Positions 46,388-57,376 of a stretch of DNA of 64,000 bases are shown here, piece after piece. The position numbers and the translations under genes are program-made. The stretch is from an uncultured Planctomycetia bacterium (GTDB taxonomy: Bacteria > Planctomycetota > UBA8108 > UBA1146): positions 8,179 to 72,178 of the forward strand of contig CAYPPQ010000005.1 in NCBI GenBank assembly GCA_964412635.1, read 5' to 3'. The notes below the pieces were generated by a model that searched no databases, had not been told where the DNA came from, and worked only from the letters and a program-made list of their open reading frames with translations. Positions within the stretch are counted from its first letter, which is position 1. Each line of letters begins with the position of its first letter.

Positions 46388-46421
46388 CACCCCTCGAGAC
46401 TGACTTTGCACCCCTCGAGAC
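46388..46421. promoter_or_regulatory. Tandem 14-bp direct repeat GCACCCCTCGAGAC (x2, 20-bp period) upstream of the FAD-oxidoreductase gene
   Basis: Exact repeat read in the sequence at 46388-46401 and 46408-46421, about 90 bp upstream of the ATG at 46508. Consistent with a direct-repeat transcription-factor site. Confidence 0.3.
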
Positions 46422-46507
46422 AGGCTTTCCAATCGTACCCTCCCGACCGCTGCGCCGCTGGTGGATGGTATCCTCAGTCCCGAGACACACCTCGGCGAAG
46501 GGAATTG

Positions 46508-48577
46508 ATGCTCAACTCGACATGGATCCTACCCTTCATCCTGTCCTTCATCGTCAGCGACGCTGAGGTGCTGGAAGCAGATGTGGTGATCTACGATGCC
46601 ACTCCTGCGGGGATCTCCGCCGCCATCTCGGCGCGCCGAGCTGGAGTCAGTGTTCTCCTCATCTCTCCTCACCATCACATCGGTGGACTCACCACCAGTG
46701 GACTCGGCGCCACCGATGTGGGAGCGGCGAAAAGTGTCGGAGGTATCGGCCGTCAGTTTTACCGTGCCGTACGAGATCACTACCATCAGGATTCCCACTG
46801 GACACGACAGAAGAGAACGGAGTTCCGGGGAAGAGGTCATGCCCGTGGAGAAACGGTGGCGTGGACCTTTGAACCGCACGTCGCCGAACAGATCCTCGAA
46901 TCGATGCTCTCCGATGCGGGAGTGCGGGTGATCCGAGGCGTCGGTATCGATCGATCACACGCGATGAAAACCCGGTCGATCCCATGGCGACTGATGGGCC
47001 TGAAACTGAAGGATGGACGGTCGGTCAGGGGAAAGATCTTCATCGATGCTTCCTACGAGGGGGACCTGCTTCCCATGGCAGGGGTGCCCTTCACCGTCGG
47101 ACGCGAGGCCAATGATCAATACGATGAGACCCTCGACGGCGTGCAGCTGGCCCGTGCCACCAAGCACCAGTTCGCCACTCCGATCAGTGCCCATGTCGAT
47201 GCCGATGATCGAGGATCGCCGCTGCTACCAGGCATCGTCGCAGAGCCTCACCCAGCCGACGGCAGTGCTGACGACGGCATCCAGGCGTACTGCTTCCGCA
47301 TGTGCCTCACCGACGATGGTGCCAACCAGCTGCCCTGGACTGCCCCGGAGGGTTACGACCCCGGCCGTTACGAACTGCTGCTGCGCACCTTTGACAGCGG
47401 TGCCAACCGGGTGCCGTGGCACATCGTCGCCATGCCGAACCGCAAGTCCGACGTCAACAACAACGGAGCGGTATCCACCGACTTCATCGGCGGCAATCAC
47501 GACTACATCGAAGCCACCGATGAAGTCCGGCTGCAGATCATCAACGAGCATCGAAGGTGGCAGCAGGGTTTGATCTGGACGCTGGCAACACACCCACGAG
47601 TTCCCGAACAGGTGCGCAAGGAGACCAACCGCTGGCGACCAGCCGCCGATGAGTTCACCGATAACGACGGCTGGCCGTGGCGAATCTACGTTCGCGAAGG
47701 TCGTCGAATGCTCTCGACGGTGGTGATGAACGAGAACCATGTCCGGGGCGAGATCACCGTCGACGATTCGATCGGCCTCGCCTCCTACGGGATGGACAGT
47801 CATCATGTCCATCGCAGGGCAGTCGATGGCTTGGTTCGAAATGAGGGAGATGTTCAGGTCGGAGGCTTCTCTCCCTGGGCCATCTCCTACCGAGCCATCG
47901 TTCCGCCACCGAGGAGTTGCTCCAACCTCATCGTTCCGGTTGCGATCTCCTCCACGCACATCGCCTTCGGCTCTGCCCGCATGGAACCGGTTTTCTTCAT
48001 GCTGGGGGAATCCGCCGGGATCGCCGCCGCCCTCTCCATCGAAAACGGAATTCCCGTACAGGGGATCGACTACTCCCTGCTCAGGAGTCGATTGGAGGAA
48101 GCGGGCCAGGTGCTGTCTTGGAAGCCACCGCAGGAGGTCGAACAGCCCATCATCGAAGCAGATGATCTGGAGGGGATCGTCATCGACGAACTGGATGCCA
48201 CCCTCGGGAACTACTGGTCCATCTCCACCTCGGTGCCAGGATTCGTCGGAGTTTGCTACCATCATTCGGAACGCAACACCCGTGCCGCCTACACTTTCGA
48301 GCAGTTGCCCGCGGGGCGCTGGAAGTTGCGGTTACGCGCCTCCCCCCACGAAAACCGCTGTCCTCAGACCGCCATCCGGGTGCGCGGTAGTGGCGATCCG
48401 ACCCTCTTCACCTGGAAGATCATCGACCAGAGGGAAGCAGGCGAGGAAGACGGTTGGCACGTCGTCTCCGAGTTCTCCATCGAGGAACCCCGTGACGTAC
48501 ATGTCAGCCTGCACAGGATCTCCCCCCAGGGACACATCATCGCCGATGCCGTGCAGGCGATCCCGGTCGACAGGTGA
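46508..48577 (+). CDS. FAD-dependent oxidoreductase family protein (PF12831-like), secreted
   Basis: Start moved to ATG (MLNSTWILPFILSFIVS, signal) with GAAGGGA SD. Rossmann motif VVIYDATPAGISAAISARRAGVSVLLI. Long C-terminal beta-rich region. Confidence 0.7.
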   Translation: MLNSTWILPFILSFIVSDAEVLEADVVIYDATPAGISAAISARRAGVSVLLISPHHHIGGLTTSGLGATDVGAAKSVGGIGRQFYRAVRDHYHQDSHWTRQKRTEFRGRGHARGETVAWTFEPHVAEQILESMLSDAGVRVIRGVGIDRSHAMKTRSIPWRLMGLKLKDGRSVRGKIFIDASYEGDLLPMAGVPFTVGREANDQYDETLDGVQLARATKHQFATPISAHVDADDRGSPLLPGIVAEPHPADGSADDGIQAYCFRMCLTDDGANQLPWTAPEGYDPGRYELLLRTFDSGANRVPWHIVAMPNRKSDVNNNGAVSTDFIGGNHDYIEATDEVRLQIINEHRRWQQGLIWTLATHPRVPEQVRKETNRWRPAADEFTDNDGWPWRIYVREGRRMLSTVVMNENHVRGEITVDDSIGLASYGMDSHHVHRRAVDGLVRNEGDVQVGGFSPWAISYRAIVPPPRSCSNLIVPVAISSTHIAFGSARMEPVFFMLGESAGIAAALSIENGIPVQGIDYSLLRSRLEEAGQVLSWKPPQEVEQPIIEADDLEGIVIDELDATLGNYWSISTSVPGFVGVCYHHSERNTRAAYTFEQLPAGRWKLRLRASPHENRCPQTAIRVRGSGDPTLFTWKIIDQREAGEEDGWHVVSEFSIEEPRDVHVSLHRISPQGHIIADAVQAIPVDR

Positions 48578-48659
48578 ACTACCACATCTCCCTTGCGGGT
48601 GATGTACTCGTTGAATGTTGAGTCCATCGACTCTTCTTCTATACTCATGAAACAATGGC

Positions 48660-50525
48660 ATGCGGTGGAATGGGGTGGCGATGACCACCTCTGCACGAGC
48701 CACCCCTGTATCAGGAGGATTCTTGCAATCGAGTCGGTCCCGTCGCTCCCGAATCCATCCCTTCCCCTCCGTGGCAGGACTGCTGCTCCTCTCGCTGATC
48801 TCCTGTTCGCTGACCTCCTGCACCGGCGAAAAAGGTGTACCCGCCCCACAGAAACCGACCGTCGTACCGCAGATCACCGCCACCGACCCGGAGGCAAACA
48901 GCAGCGCTCCCGATGATGAAATCGATCCCTGGTTCATCGATGTGACTCACTCCAGTGGTGTCGATTTCGTCTATCGATCCTTCGAGGATGGGGAGCGACA
49001 GATGCCGGCGATCATGGGAGCTGGAGTGGCACTCTTCGATGCCGATGCAGATGGGGATCTCGATCTGTACCTGGTGCAGGGCAACGACCAGTTGCCTGCA
49101 ACAACGAAGCAAGCAGACAACCCCAATCGATTCTTCCGTCAGGAAGCCCCGTGGTCCTTCGTCGATGCCACCGCCAGTAGCGGACTGGGAGATGGTGGCT
49201 ACGGCATCGGAGCCACCACCGGAGATTTCGACGGAGATGGTTACACCGATCTCTATGTCAGCAACTACGGCCCCGATGTGCTGTACAGAAATCTCGGCGA
49301 TGGAACCTTTGAAGATGTGACCGCCTCTGCAGGAATCGACATCGACGGCTTCACCGTCTCCTGCGCCTTCGCAGATATCGATCGGGATGGCGATCTCGAC
49401 CTGTGGGTCACCCAGTACGTCGAGTTTCTCGCCGATCTCGAGTGCTTCAGTGCGTCGGGCCAACCGGAGTTCTGTGGCCCCGAGACGTTCAAACCGAGTC
49501 ACGACATCCTGCTGAGAAACGATGGCGACGGCACCTTCACCGACATCTCTGAAGCGGCGGGACTTCATGCCGTTGCTGCGGCGAGTCTCGGCATCTGCTG
49601 TGTCGACTACAACGAGGACGGTTGGATCGATTTCTACATCGCCAACGACGCCTACGAGAACAACCTGTGGATCAACCAGAAGGATGGCACCTTCGTCGAT
49701 GATGCAGCAATCCTCGGCGCGTCTCTCAATCTCAACGGCCAGGAAGAAGCGGGTATGGGAGTGGTTGCTTCCGACCTCGACGGCGATGGATCAAACGATC
49801 TGCTGGTGACTCACCTCGACATGGAGAGCAATACCTTTTATCGCAACCTCGGTTCCCAGATGGGATTCGTCGACGCCTCGGGTCAAAGTGGCCTCGGCCC
49901 CAGCAGCATGAAGTACACCGGGTTCGGTGTGGTCGCTTTCGACATCGAACTGGATGGAGATAACGACATCCTCATCGCCAATGGTCGGGTTCGGATCGGG
50001 GACGAACACCCCGGAACCACTTCCCCACCACCGTGGAATCAGTATTCCGAACCGAACCTGTGCTACCTCAACGACGGAAGTGGCCGATTCGAGGACGGCA
50101 AGTCGCGCGGGGGAGATTTCTGCACCGCCATCGATTCGAGCCGAGGACTCACCAGCGGCGACATCGATGGAGATGGCGATCTCGATGTGGTCGTCTCCAA
50201 CATCGAAGGAGCCGCACGACTGTACAGAAATGACGCCGAGCGTAAGGGCTCGTGGTTGAAGGTGCGGGCACTCGACGGAGAGAAGAAACGGGTTCTCCAG
50301 GGAGCCATCCTCGGTACTCACGATGGGGATCGCCCGCTGATCGCCACCGTTTCCACCGCATCGAGCTACGCTTCAGCGGTTCCCGAGGAGGTGCACTTCG
50401 GAGCTGTCCAGCCATCCGACACCTTGACGGTCCTGTGGCCCAGCGGATTGCAGGAAGAATTCGAGATCGGGGGATGGAACCGCACCATCGAAGTGCATCA
50501 TGGTGGCGGAAAGAAGGTTGAGTGA
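48660..50525 (+). CDS. ASPIC/UnbV domain protein with FG-GAP/VCBS repeats (CRTAC1-like lipoprotein)
   Basis: Lipobox region LISCSLTSCTG. Repeated DxDGDGxxDL motifs (FDGDGYTDLYV, IDRDGDLDLWV, LDGDGSNDLLV, IDGDGDLDVVV). C-terminal UnbV_ASPIC-like region. Confidence 0.8.
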   Translation: MRWNGVAMTTSARATPVSGGFLQSSRSRRSRIHPFPSVAGLLLLSLISCSLTSCTGEKGVPAPQKPTVVPQITATDPEANSSAPDDEIDPWFIDVTHSSGVDFVYRSFEDGERQMPAIMGAGVALFDADADGDLDLYLVQGNDQLPATTKQADNPNRFFRQEAPWSFVDATASSGLGDGGYGIGATTGDFDGDGYTDLYVSNYGPDVLYRNLGDGTFEDVTASAGIDIDGFTVSCAFADIDRDGDLDLWVTQYVEFLADLECFSASGQPEFCGPETFKPSHDILLRNDGDGTFTDISEAAGLHAVAAASLGICCVDYNEDGWIDFYIANDAYENNLWINQKDGTFVDDAAILGASLNLNGQEEAGMGVVASDLDGDGSNDLLVTHLDMESNTFYRNLGSQMGFVDASGQSGLGPSSMKYTGFGVVAFDIELDGDNDILIANGRVRIGDEHPGTTSPPPWNQYSEPNLCYLNDGSGRFEDGKSRGGDFCTAIDSSRGLTSGDIDGDGDLDVVVSNIEGAARLYRNDAERKGSWLKVRALDGEKKRVLQGAILGTHDGDRPLIATVSTASSYASAVPEEVHFGAVQPSDTLTVLWPSGLQEEFEIGGWNRTIEVHHGGGKKVE

Positions 50526-51628
50526 TGACCACTGCCCTCGATTCAACCCTGAGATGGGGATTCGTTCTTCTCATCCTCTCGATGGGATTCACCTTTTCAT
50601 CGGTGCACGCCCAACCCATCGACAAGAGTGAGTTCATCGTCGAAGGAATGGAGAGCCCGGTGGTACGGGTGATCGAAGGTGCCATCCGCAGGGTCGAGCG
50701 TGAACCCGGCTCCTTCCAGCGCTGGTACGATCTGGGGGCCACTCTCGATGCCCACGAGATTCTCGAAGGTGCTTCACGGTATTACAAGAAGGCGATCGAG
50801 CTGAACCCCAAGCACATCCCCTCCCTCTACAATGGTGGACTGGTCCTCGAATATCTTGGCAACTCTAGCGCTGCCAAGGAGACGTGGGATGTGATCCTCG
50901 CCTTGCAACCGGACCACACCCTCACCAACTTCAGGGTGGGAGAGTACTACTTCCGCAACGGAGAACTGGAACCGTCCCTCGCCTGTTTCCAGATCTTCAT
51001 GCAGGGCCAACCCAACAGTTCGATGGGGTTTTCTCGCCTCGGTAGCGTGCTGCTCCAGTTACAGAAACCCGCCGAAGCGCTGGAGATGTTGAAGAAGGCA
51101 CTGGCGAGCACACCCGGTGACCGACCCACCATGATCGCACTCTCTCAAGCGTATCTGCGCAGCGGCGATCGAGAGAAGGCCACCGAGGTTCAGACACAAC
51201 TGGCAGAAGATGAGAGCATCGGTGAGAAGTTGATCCTCATCGACCCGCTGCGCGCCGAGATCTCCAGCAGGGCCATCAACTCCAACACCTGCATCGCCCG
51301 GGCAGAATCGCTCGAGGACCGGGGGCTGCTGGCGAGCGCACTCGTCGAGTACAGCACCGCTGCCATCGGCCAGCCCAACAACTCGGTTCTTCACAACCGG
51401 ATCGGCAAGCTCTACGTCCGCCTCGGCATCTATCCAGACGCGGAAGAATACTTCACCAGGGCGATCCAGATCAATTCTGAATACATCGACGCATTCCATA
51501 ACCGGGGTGTTGCCAGGGAACACCTCAACAAACTCGAGAAGGCGATCGAGGACTATCGCAAGGTGCTCGAGATGGAGCCAGAACATCCACTCTCCAGTGC
51601 ACGGATGAAACTCCTGGGGGAACAATGA
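50525..51628 (+). CDS. TPR repeat protein, secreted
   Basis: ATG overlapping the TGA of the upstream gene (TGATG). Signal peptide. Multiple 34-aa TPR units. Confidence 0.75.
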   Translation: MTTALDSTLRWGFVLLILSMGFTFSSVHAQPIDKSEFIVEGMESPVVRVIEGAIRRVEREPGSFQRWYDLGATLDAHEILEGASRYYKKAIELNPKHIPSLYNGGLVLEYLGNSSAAKETWDVILALQPDHTLTNFRVGEYYFRNGELEPSLACFQIFMQGQPNSSMGFSRLGSVLLQLQKPAEALEMLKKALASTPGDRPTMIALSQAYLRSGDREKATEVQTQLAEDESIGEKLILIDPLRAEISSRAINSNTCIARAESLEDRGLLASALVEYSTAAIGQPNNSVLHNRIGKLYVRLGIYPDAEEYFTRAIQINSEYIDAFHNRGVAREHLNKLEKAIEDYRKVLEMEPEHPLSSARMKLLGEQ

Positions 51629-53088
51629 TGCGTGATACTCATCACTCCCCATCCAGGTGGCGACTTGTGCTGCTGCTATCGATCTTCGCCATCGCCAGTT
51701 GTGTCGAAGCTCCGCCACCACCTCCTGTCGTGCAGTTGAAGAACCTACCGGTGGATACGCTGCAGCTGCGAGTCATCTCCAAGCAACGAAAAGAAGTGAC
51801 CGCCGACATCTCTGACCCGACGGGGAGGGGCTACCTGGCCATGGCGCTCGAGGCAAACGGCCTCGGTGACCTGGCGGTCCAGGAGTACCAGGCAGCAAAC
51901 ATCCTCGATGGAACCGATCCACTGTGGAGATATCGAGAAGCTTGTGTCCGGATCGATCAGGGCAGTACCCCGCAAGGCATCGACCTTCTCGTCGGAATCA
52001 CCCGAGAGTTCCCCTCCTTCGTTCCTGCCTGGCATCGTCTCGCCGGCGCCCGCCTCCAGCTCCATCAGGACGAACAGGCGCAACAGGACCTGGAGAAACT
52101 GCTGTCACTGGTCCCCACCTCCATCCGGGCCCGAACCACCAAGGCACAGTTTCTTCTCGACAGTGGCGATGCCCTGGCGGCCCTGAAGGAACTGGAACAG
52201 GTCACCCAACAGGATCGAAATTACGAGTGGGCCTATCGTCTTCTCGGCAGAACCTACCTCAAGCTTGGCGAGACGGGACCAACGGTGGAGAACTTCCTCA
52301 AGCAAACCCTCGGGTCGAGTCCCAAGTACGAAGAGGATCCCCGAGAAAAGAAACTTCAGGAGTTCCGGGCCGGTCGAGATTTCGAGAAACGACTGTGCCG
52401 TGAGTTGATCCGCCAATCCCGTGGCGCCGTGGCAGCTACCCGTCTACGACAGGCCATCCGCGATTTTCCCGGGGACCTGTCCCTCAGGCTGATTCTCGCC
52501 CAGGCATACCAGTCATCCGGTGACGACCAGGCGGCGATGAAGGAGATCGCCGAGATCATCAAGATGGACTCCAAGCACGTACCTGCCTACCTGATGAAGA
52601 TCGACATGAAGATCCAGCGAGGCGATCAGATGTCTGCTGCTGGAACTTCATCCCAGCAGGATATCCGGGCCCAGTACGGGGTCGCAGCGATGACCGCAAG
52701 AGCTGCGCTGACCCATGCCCCGGGAGACTGGCGCGTTCAATTCGCCCGGGGACGTGCGGAGACGAAACTGGGCAATGACTCGGTAGCCCTGACCCACCTC
52801 AAGAAAGCGAGGGAACTCGAGCAGTCCTCGGCAGAGGTGTGCATGTGGCTGTTCGAGGTGGCGTGGCGTACCGGAGCGCAGGATGTCGCCAGGAGTAGCA
52901 TCGAGGCCGCCTCGCAACTGAACCCGGGTAACATCTTCGCCTGGGTAAACCTCGGCATGCTACATGCCAGGAATCAGGAACTGGAGTCGGCACGAAATGC
53001 GCTGGAACGGGCACGAGCCATCGATCCCAACCATGCTGCGGTGCAGGCGCTGCAACAGAGAATCAACACGGCGCAGAGCAAGCCCTGA
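51625..53088 (+). CDS. TPR repeat lipoprotein
   Basis: ATGA start/stop overlap with the upstream TPR gene. Lipobox IASC. TPR units throughout. Confidence 0.75.
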   Translation: MMRDTHHSPSRWRLVLLLSIFAIASCVEAPPPPPVVQLKNLPVDTLQLRVISKQRKEVTADISDPTGRGYLAMALEANGLGDLAVQEYQAANILDGTDPLWRYREACVRIDQGSTPQGIDLLVGITREFPSFVPAWHRLAGARLQLHQDEQAQQDLEKLLSLVPTSIRARTTKAQFLLDSGDALAALKELEQVTQQDRNYEWAYRLLGRTYLKLGETGPTVENFLKQTLGSSPKYEEDPREKKLQEFRAGRDFEKRLCRELIRQSRGAVAATRLRQAIRDFPGDLSLRLILAQAYQSSGDDQAAMKEIAEIIKMDSKHVPAYLMKIDMKIQRGDQMSAAGTSSQQDIRAQYGVAAMTARAALTHAPGDWRVQFARGRAETKLGNDSVALTHLKKARELEQSSAEVCMWLFEVAWRTGAQDVARSSIEAASQLNPGNIFAWVNLGMLHARNQELESARNALERARAIDPNHAAVQALQQRINTAQSKP

Positions 53089-53113
53089 GCGCAGTCGACT
53101 CCCTTACGCGTGG

Positions 53114-54523
53114 TCACGACAGTTCCAGCGATGACCTCAACAATCCGTTGAGGTCGGTGTTCCGAATCCAGTAGGGAAGCGTTTCGCTTCCCGGACCCCA
53201 AGTACTGACCTCGACAAATTCGCCGGTGTGATTGCCGCTGGTCCAGTTGACCCCTGTTCGGGTGTAGGATTCGTGCCACTTTCTGAGTAGATTTGCCACG
53301 GCATAGCCGCCGGCAGGCTTTGCCTCACCGAGCAGGCGAATCCGTTCGGCATCCAGGGTCAACTGCAAGTGATCGCCTACCAGGGCCTGGAACTGCTCGC
53401 TGTCGGGAGAGGTCATCCGGGACTGCAGGTATTCGTAACTGGCTCCGATTTTCTCCACTCCGCTGAAGAAGGTCGTATCGGTGTCGCCGTAGGCTGCGCC
53501 CATGCCGTTCAATTGACACCCTCCACAGCCGTGGTCGGTGGTCACCACCACCAGAGTCTCTGGATTCTCGCTGGAGAATGCCCTCGCCACCGCAACGCAC
53601 TCATCGAAGGCGAGCTGATCGTGGACGATCGCTCCCACATCATTGGCGTGGCCTGCGTGATCGACACGGCCACCCTCCACCTGTAACAGGAAGCCAGCGG
53701 GGTTCTTTTGCAGCGTCGCCAGCGCTCTCTTCATCATCTCCGCAAGGGTCGGAACCTGTTTGGCGATGGCGGCATCGCGCTGTCGATCGATGGAATAGGG
53801 CAGATGCGATGACGAGAAGAGACCCAGTTGCCGGCGCGCATCCCCCGAATCTTCCGAGAGTAACTGATCTCGCGATTCCATCAGATGATAACCCGCGGCC
53901 TGGTAGCGACTCTTGAGATCGACACCGTCTGCACGGATGGTCGCATCGAAGTGCTTCGATCCTCCGCCCATCAGCACATCGACTCCTCGATCGAGATACT
54001 GCTGAGCGATGCTGTCTTCCTGACCACGAGCGGTCACGCACGAGGCGAAGGCTGCAGGTGTCGCATGGGTGATGCGGGTGGTCGTCACCAGGCCAGTGCT
54101 CCGTCCACTTCCTTGCACCTGTTCATGAATCGGTACCAGAGCCTCCCCTTCCGGGGTGTAGTTGATGGCTCCATTGGCGATCCGTGTGCCACTCGACCAT
54201 GCACTGGCTGCCGCCGCCGAGTCGGTGACATGGGAATTGCTGGAGCAGGTCTCCATCAGAGCCCGATGCACTTCTCGCTCCTGGTAGAGCTTGACCCACT
54301 CGGTGCGCTGCTGAGATGTGTGCTGCAGGTAGTAATCTGCGATGGTCCAGGTTCCGGTGTTCATGCCATCCGCCACCAGGAAGATGACGTTGCGTGCCTG
54401 TGCCGCGGGACTGCGGCCGATGGGCAATGCCGCACAACCTGCCAGCAAGGGGCTCCATAACAGCCCCGCGCTCGCTGTCCCCTTCAAAAAGTCTCGACGG
54501 TGGATGGGGGAAGGCACGCTCAT
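53114..54523 (-). CDS. Alkaline phosphatase (PhoA family) with Tat signal
   Basis: Tat motif HRRDFLKGTASAGLL. Active-site region DSAAAASAWSSG (D-S-A with nucleophilic Ser). Metal-ligand motifs (DHAGHAN, TTDHG). Start set at the ATG giving MSVPSPIHRRDFL. The GTG at 54577 is an alternative. Confidence 0.8.
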   Translation of the reverse strand: MSVPSPIHRRDFLKGTASAGLLWSPLLAGCAALPIGRSPAAQARNVIFLVADGMNTGTWTIADYYLQHTSQQRTEWVKLYQEREVHRALMETCSSNSHVTDSAAAASAWSSGTRIANGAINYTPEGEALVPIHEQVQGSGRSTGLVTTTRITHATPAAFASCVTARGQEDSIAQQYLDRGVDVLMGGGSKHFDATIRADGVDLKSRYQAAGYHLMESRDQLLSEDSGDARRQLGLFSSSHLPYSIDRQRDAAIAKQVPTLAEMMKRALATLQKNPAGFLLQVEGGRVDHAGHANDVGAIVHDQLAFDECVAVARAFSSENPETLVVVTTDHGCGGCQLNGMGAAYGDTDTTFFSGVEKIGASYEYLQSRMTSPDSEQFQALVGDHLQLTLDAERIRLLGEAKPAGGYAVANLLRKWHESYTRTGVNWTSGNHTGEFVEVSTWGPGSETLPYWIRNTDLNGLLRSSLELS

Positions 54524-54820
54524 CGTTTCCTGTTCTGAAGGGGCCAGTGGCGGGGATTGCGACCTAAACATCGACACCGTGCGGACGAGAGATCACGACT
54601 CGAGAGCACGATTCCCCGAGACACTGTATGGCGGCGGATGACACCCATCCAGACCCCAACTTCCGCCACTCCAGAAATCTCAAATTTGATTGAATCATCG
54701 GCAACGCCCGACCGTATACACTCGTACACCCGCGGAAAGGTGACCGAAATGGAGAGTTGCACTGAATCTTCTGGAGTGAATCTTCGGGAAACTCGACCCC
54801 CATGCGGCTGGCCACGGCTG

Positions 54821-55717
54821 ATGGCGGATCGCTGGCGAAGCGGTCGCCGGTTTCACCACTCCTTGACCCTGCTGCTGCTGGTGTCCCTGCTGACCGGCTG
54901 TGGCACCCTCAAGACCCTCACCATGGGTGAGCTGGAGATCCCCGTATCGATCGGGGGAGATCGAGAAAGCTCCGAGGGTCTCTCCTTCCTCGACAGCACG
55001 ATTGGGCTCGACGGAGTCGAGGGAGATGCACAGGCGTGGGCACTGCACTCCCGCAGCGCTTCCTGGGCTACCGCCAAGGTGCCCGGCACCCACCTGGCCA
55101 ACTTCAGGTATGGCGAATCGGAGTTCACCTTCGGCTCGGATGGCTCTGGCAACGTCCCCGACGGAGGAGTCCGCTACAGGGGAGCCCGAGGGCGCGAACT
55201 GATCCTGGTCGGTAGCAATGGAGCGTTTCCCTGGGTTCCCGATCCGGATGACACCATCGACGATCACTACCAGGACAGCCCTCCCCGCCTGACGATGTTG
55301 CTCGGGACCAGTTTCACCACCTCGACCATCGGCGCCGGTGAGTTTCACGGGCTGGGACTGGAGACAGGTCTTCGCTGGCGACAACCGTTGATGACCGGCG
55401 CGGTGTCCGATTCCGACAGCACATCATCCGCCCTGCACCTGACCGCCGAGTACACCCGTGGAGCCGCTCGTAGTTTTCGATCCTCCGCTGGTGCCCGGGG
55501 AGAACAGACGGAACGGGGTCAGCTGCTCCTTGGATTCACTCCCGTCGACTCATCTCGCTTCTTCCACGTTGGCTGGAAATTCGATCGGATTCATCAGTAC
55601 GGGGGGCTCGACCAGGATCTCGATTTCAGCGGACCCATCATCCAGATGGGGTGGGAACTGGGACCCAAGCGTCGTGCCGAGGACTCCCAGGAGCCCCCCG
55701 AGGATGACGATTCCTGA
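54821..55717 (+). CDS. Hypothetical lipoprotein
   Basis: ATG at MADRWRSGRRFHHSLTLLLLVSLLTGCG (classical lipobox). The track start at 54557 overlaps the divergent phoA-like start. No recognisable domain. Confidence 0.5.
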   Translation: MADRWRSGRRFHHSLTLLLLVSLLTGCGTLKTLTMGELEIPVSIGGDRESSEGLSFLDSTIGLDGVEGDAQAWALHSRSASWATAKVPGTHLANFRYGESEFTFGSDGSGNVPDGGVRYRGARGRELILVGSNGAFPWVPDPDDTIDDHYQDSPPRLTMLLGTSFTTSTIGAGEFHGLGLETGLRWRQPLMTGAVSDSDSTSSALHLTAEYTRGAARSFRSSAGARGEQTERGQLLLGFTPVDSSRFFHVGWKFDRIHQYGGLDQDLDFSGPIIQMGWELGPKRRAEDSQEPPEDDDS

Positions 55718-55796
55718 GTCATAAGTTCTTTTATATTCAATGCTTAGGCTTGCTCCATGAAGCCCCTGGATGCAACCACCCCGTTCGTATATCATA

Positions 55797-55806
55797 GTGA
55801 TATCAC
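55797..55806. promoter_or_regulatory. Perfect 10-bp palindrome GTGATATCAC within an AT-rich putative promoter of the SPFH gene
   Basis: Sequence tatatcatagtGATATCACattgatatact lies about 35 bp upstream of the ATG at 55840. TATACT -10-like hexamer follows. Confidence 0.25.
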
Positions 55807-55839
55807 ATTGATATACTGGTTCCCAGGAACGGGGGTTTC

Positions 55840-56724
55840 ATGATCGAAACGGAAGAGAAAATCATCCGGGTTGGCAACGGCTGGAGCCGACTGTTTCTAC
55901 ACCTGGTCTTGCTGGTGATCGCCATCCTCGGCGCCATCGTCCTCCCCGTTCCGTTGACGAAGATACTGATGGTCATCTCGATCCCGATCATCCTGTTCCT
56001 CTTCGTCGGTCACTTCACCGTGCAGCCCAACGAAGCGATGGTTCTGCTCCTGTTCGGATCCTACCGCGGCACCGAACATCGAAGCGGTTTTTTCTGGGCA
56101 AACCCGTTTCTCTCCAAGAAGCGGATCTCCAGGAGAGCCCGTAACTTCGACAGCGAGAAGTTGAAGGTCAACGACAAGAAAGGAAACCCCATCGAGATCT
56201 CTGCGGTGGTGGTGTGGCGTGTCGAGAACACTGCCAAGGCCGCTTTCGATGTCGATGACTACAGCCACTTCGTGCGGGTACAGAGTGAATCGGCACTACG
56301 TCACCTCGCCAACGATTACTCCTACGATCACGGGGAGGAGACCGATGACGCCTCCGACGAGATCACTCTCCGTAGCTCCACCGAAGAGGTCAGCGAATCG
56401 CTGAAGCAGCAGCTTGTCGATCGCCTCTCCAAGGCGGGAGTCGTGGTGGAAGAGGCTCGACTCAATCACCTCGCCTATGCTCCGGAGATCGCCAGCGCCA
56501 TGCTGCGACGTCAACAGGCGGAAGCGATCATCTCGGCTCGCCAGAAGATCGTTCATGGAGCGGTGAGCATGGTCGACATGGCGATCCAGGGGCTTGAATC
56601 GAACAATGTCGTCACCCTCGATGAGGAGCGAAAAGCGGCGATGATCAGCAATTTACTGGTGGTTCTGTGCAGCGATCACGACGCCCAGCCGGTGATCAAC
56701 TCGGGAAGCCTGTACACCGGTTGA
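55840..56724 (+). CDS. SPFH domain / band 7 family membrane protein
   Basis: Two N-terminal TM helices followed by an SPFH core ([30 protein letters not shown] ... ISAVVVWRV). Confidence 0.8.
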   Translation: MIETEEKIIRVGNGWSRLFLHLVLLVIAILGAIVLPVPLTKILMVISIPIILFLFVGHFTVQPNEAMVLLLFGSYRGTEHRSGFFWANPFLSKKRISRRARNFDSEKLKVNDKKGNPIEISAVVVWRVENTAKAAFDVDDYSHFVRVQSESALRHLANDYSYDHGEETDDASDEITLRSSTEEVSESLKQQLVDRLSKAGVVVEEARLNHLAYAPEIASAMLRRQQAEAIISARQKIVHGAVSMVDMAIQGLESNNVVTLDEERKAAMISNLLVVLCSDHDAQPVINSGSLYTG

Positions 56725-56824
56725 AGCAACAAGCAGCGAGGAGAGCACCTTGAAGCAGAAACTTTCACGAGGATGGAAATGTCAGCGGGACACCCCGAGT
56801 GGTGGATTGGGATCGCCGTAACCG

Positions 56825-57019
56825 ATGGCCAGAAAATCGATTCTCCTCCGCATGCAGGATGATCTACACCGCGAACTCCGTGGCTGGGCCGAGCACGAGA
56901 TGCGAAGCCTCAACGCCCAGATCGAATTCCTGTTGAAACAGGCACTGGTGCAACGCAAGGGTGGCGCGTCTTCCGCCGCTCAGAAGGATGACGATTCGGA
57001 CAACCCGGGCAGCCGATGA
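56825..57019 (+). CDS. Arc/MetJ-type ribbon-helix-helix DNA-binding protein
   Basis: ARKSILLRMQDDLHRELRGWAEHEMRSLNAQIEFLLKQAL matches the Arc-family RHH pattern (beta strand, helix A, SMNAEI-like helix B). Weak RBS. Confidence 0.45.
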   Translation: MARKSILLRMQDDLHRELRGWAEHEMRSLNAQIEFLLKQALVQRKGGASSAAQKDDDSDNPGSR

Positions 57020-57376
57020 CAAGCAGCAGTGATCGCTGCGACTCTTCACGATGATGCCACCGATCGATCGGATTGAACAAGAAGAATGGACTACCGCCGG
57101 AAGGCTACCGTGCGGAAACGGATGTAGAGGGGGCCGGCCTGACCTTTCCCCTGGGAGCGGATGCCTGGCGAAAGTACGCGATCACCCGCATCTCCCCCGG
57201 CCAGGATCGCCGTTGAAGCTCCTTGGCTCCGCGAGCGCCCCGACCCCCTCGATCCTGATGCGCTTTCATCTTGTAGGGTTTTAAAACGAACTGCAAGCAT
57301 CCACTCGAAGTTGCTCGTTGTAGATTCGCTTTTCATCGTTGGATCTAACTTCTGTCGAAGACGATTTGCAGTCGAG

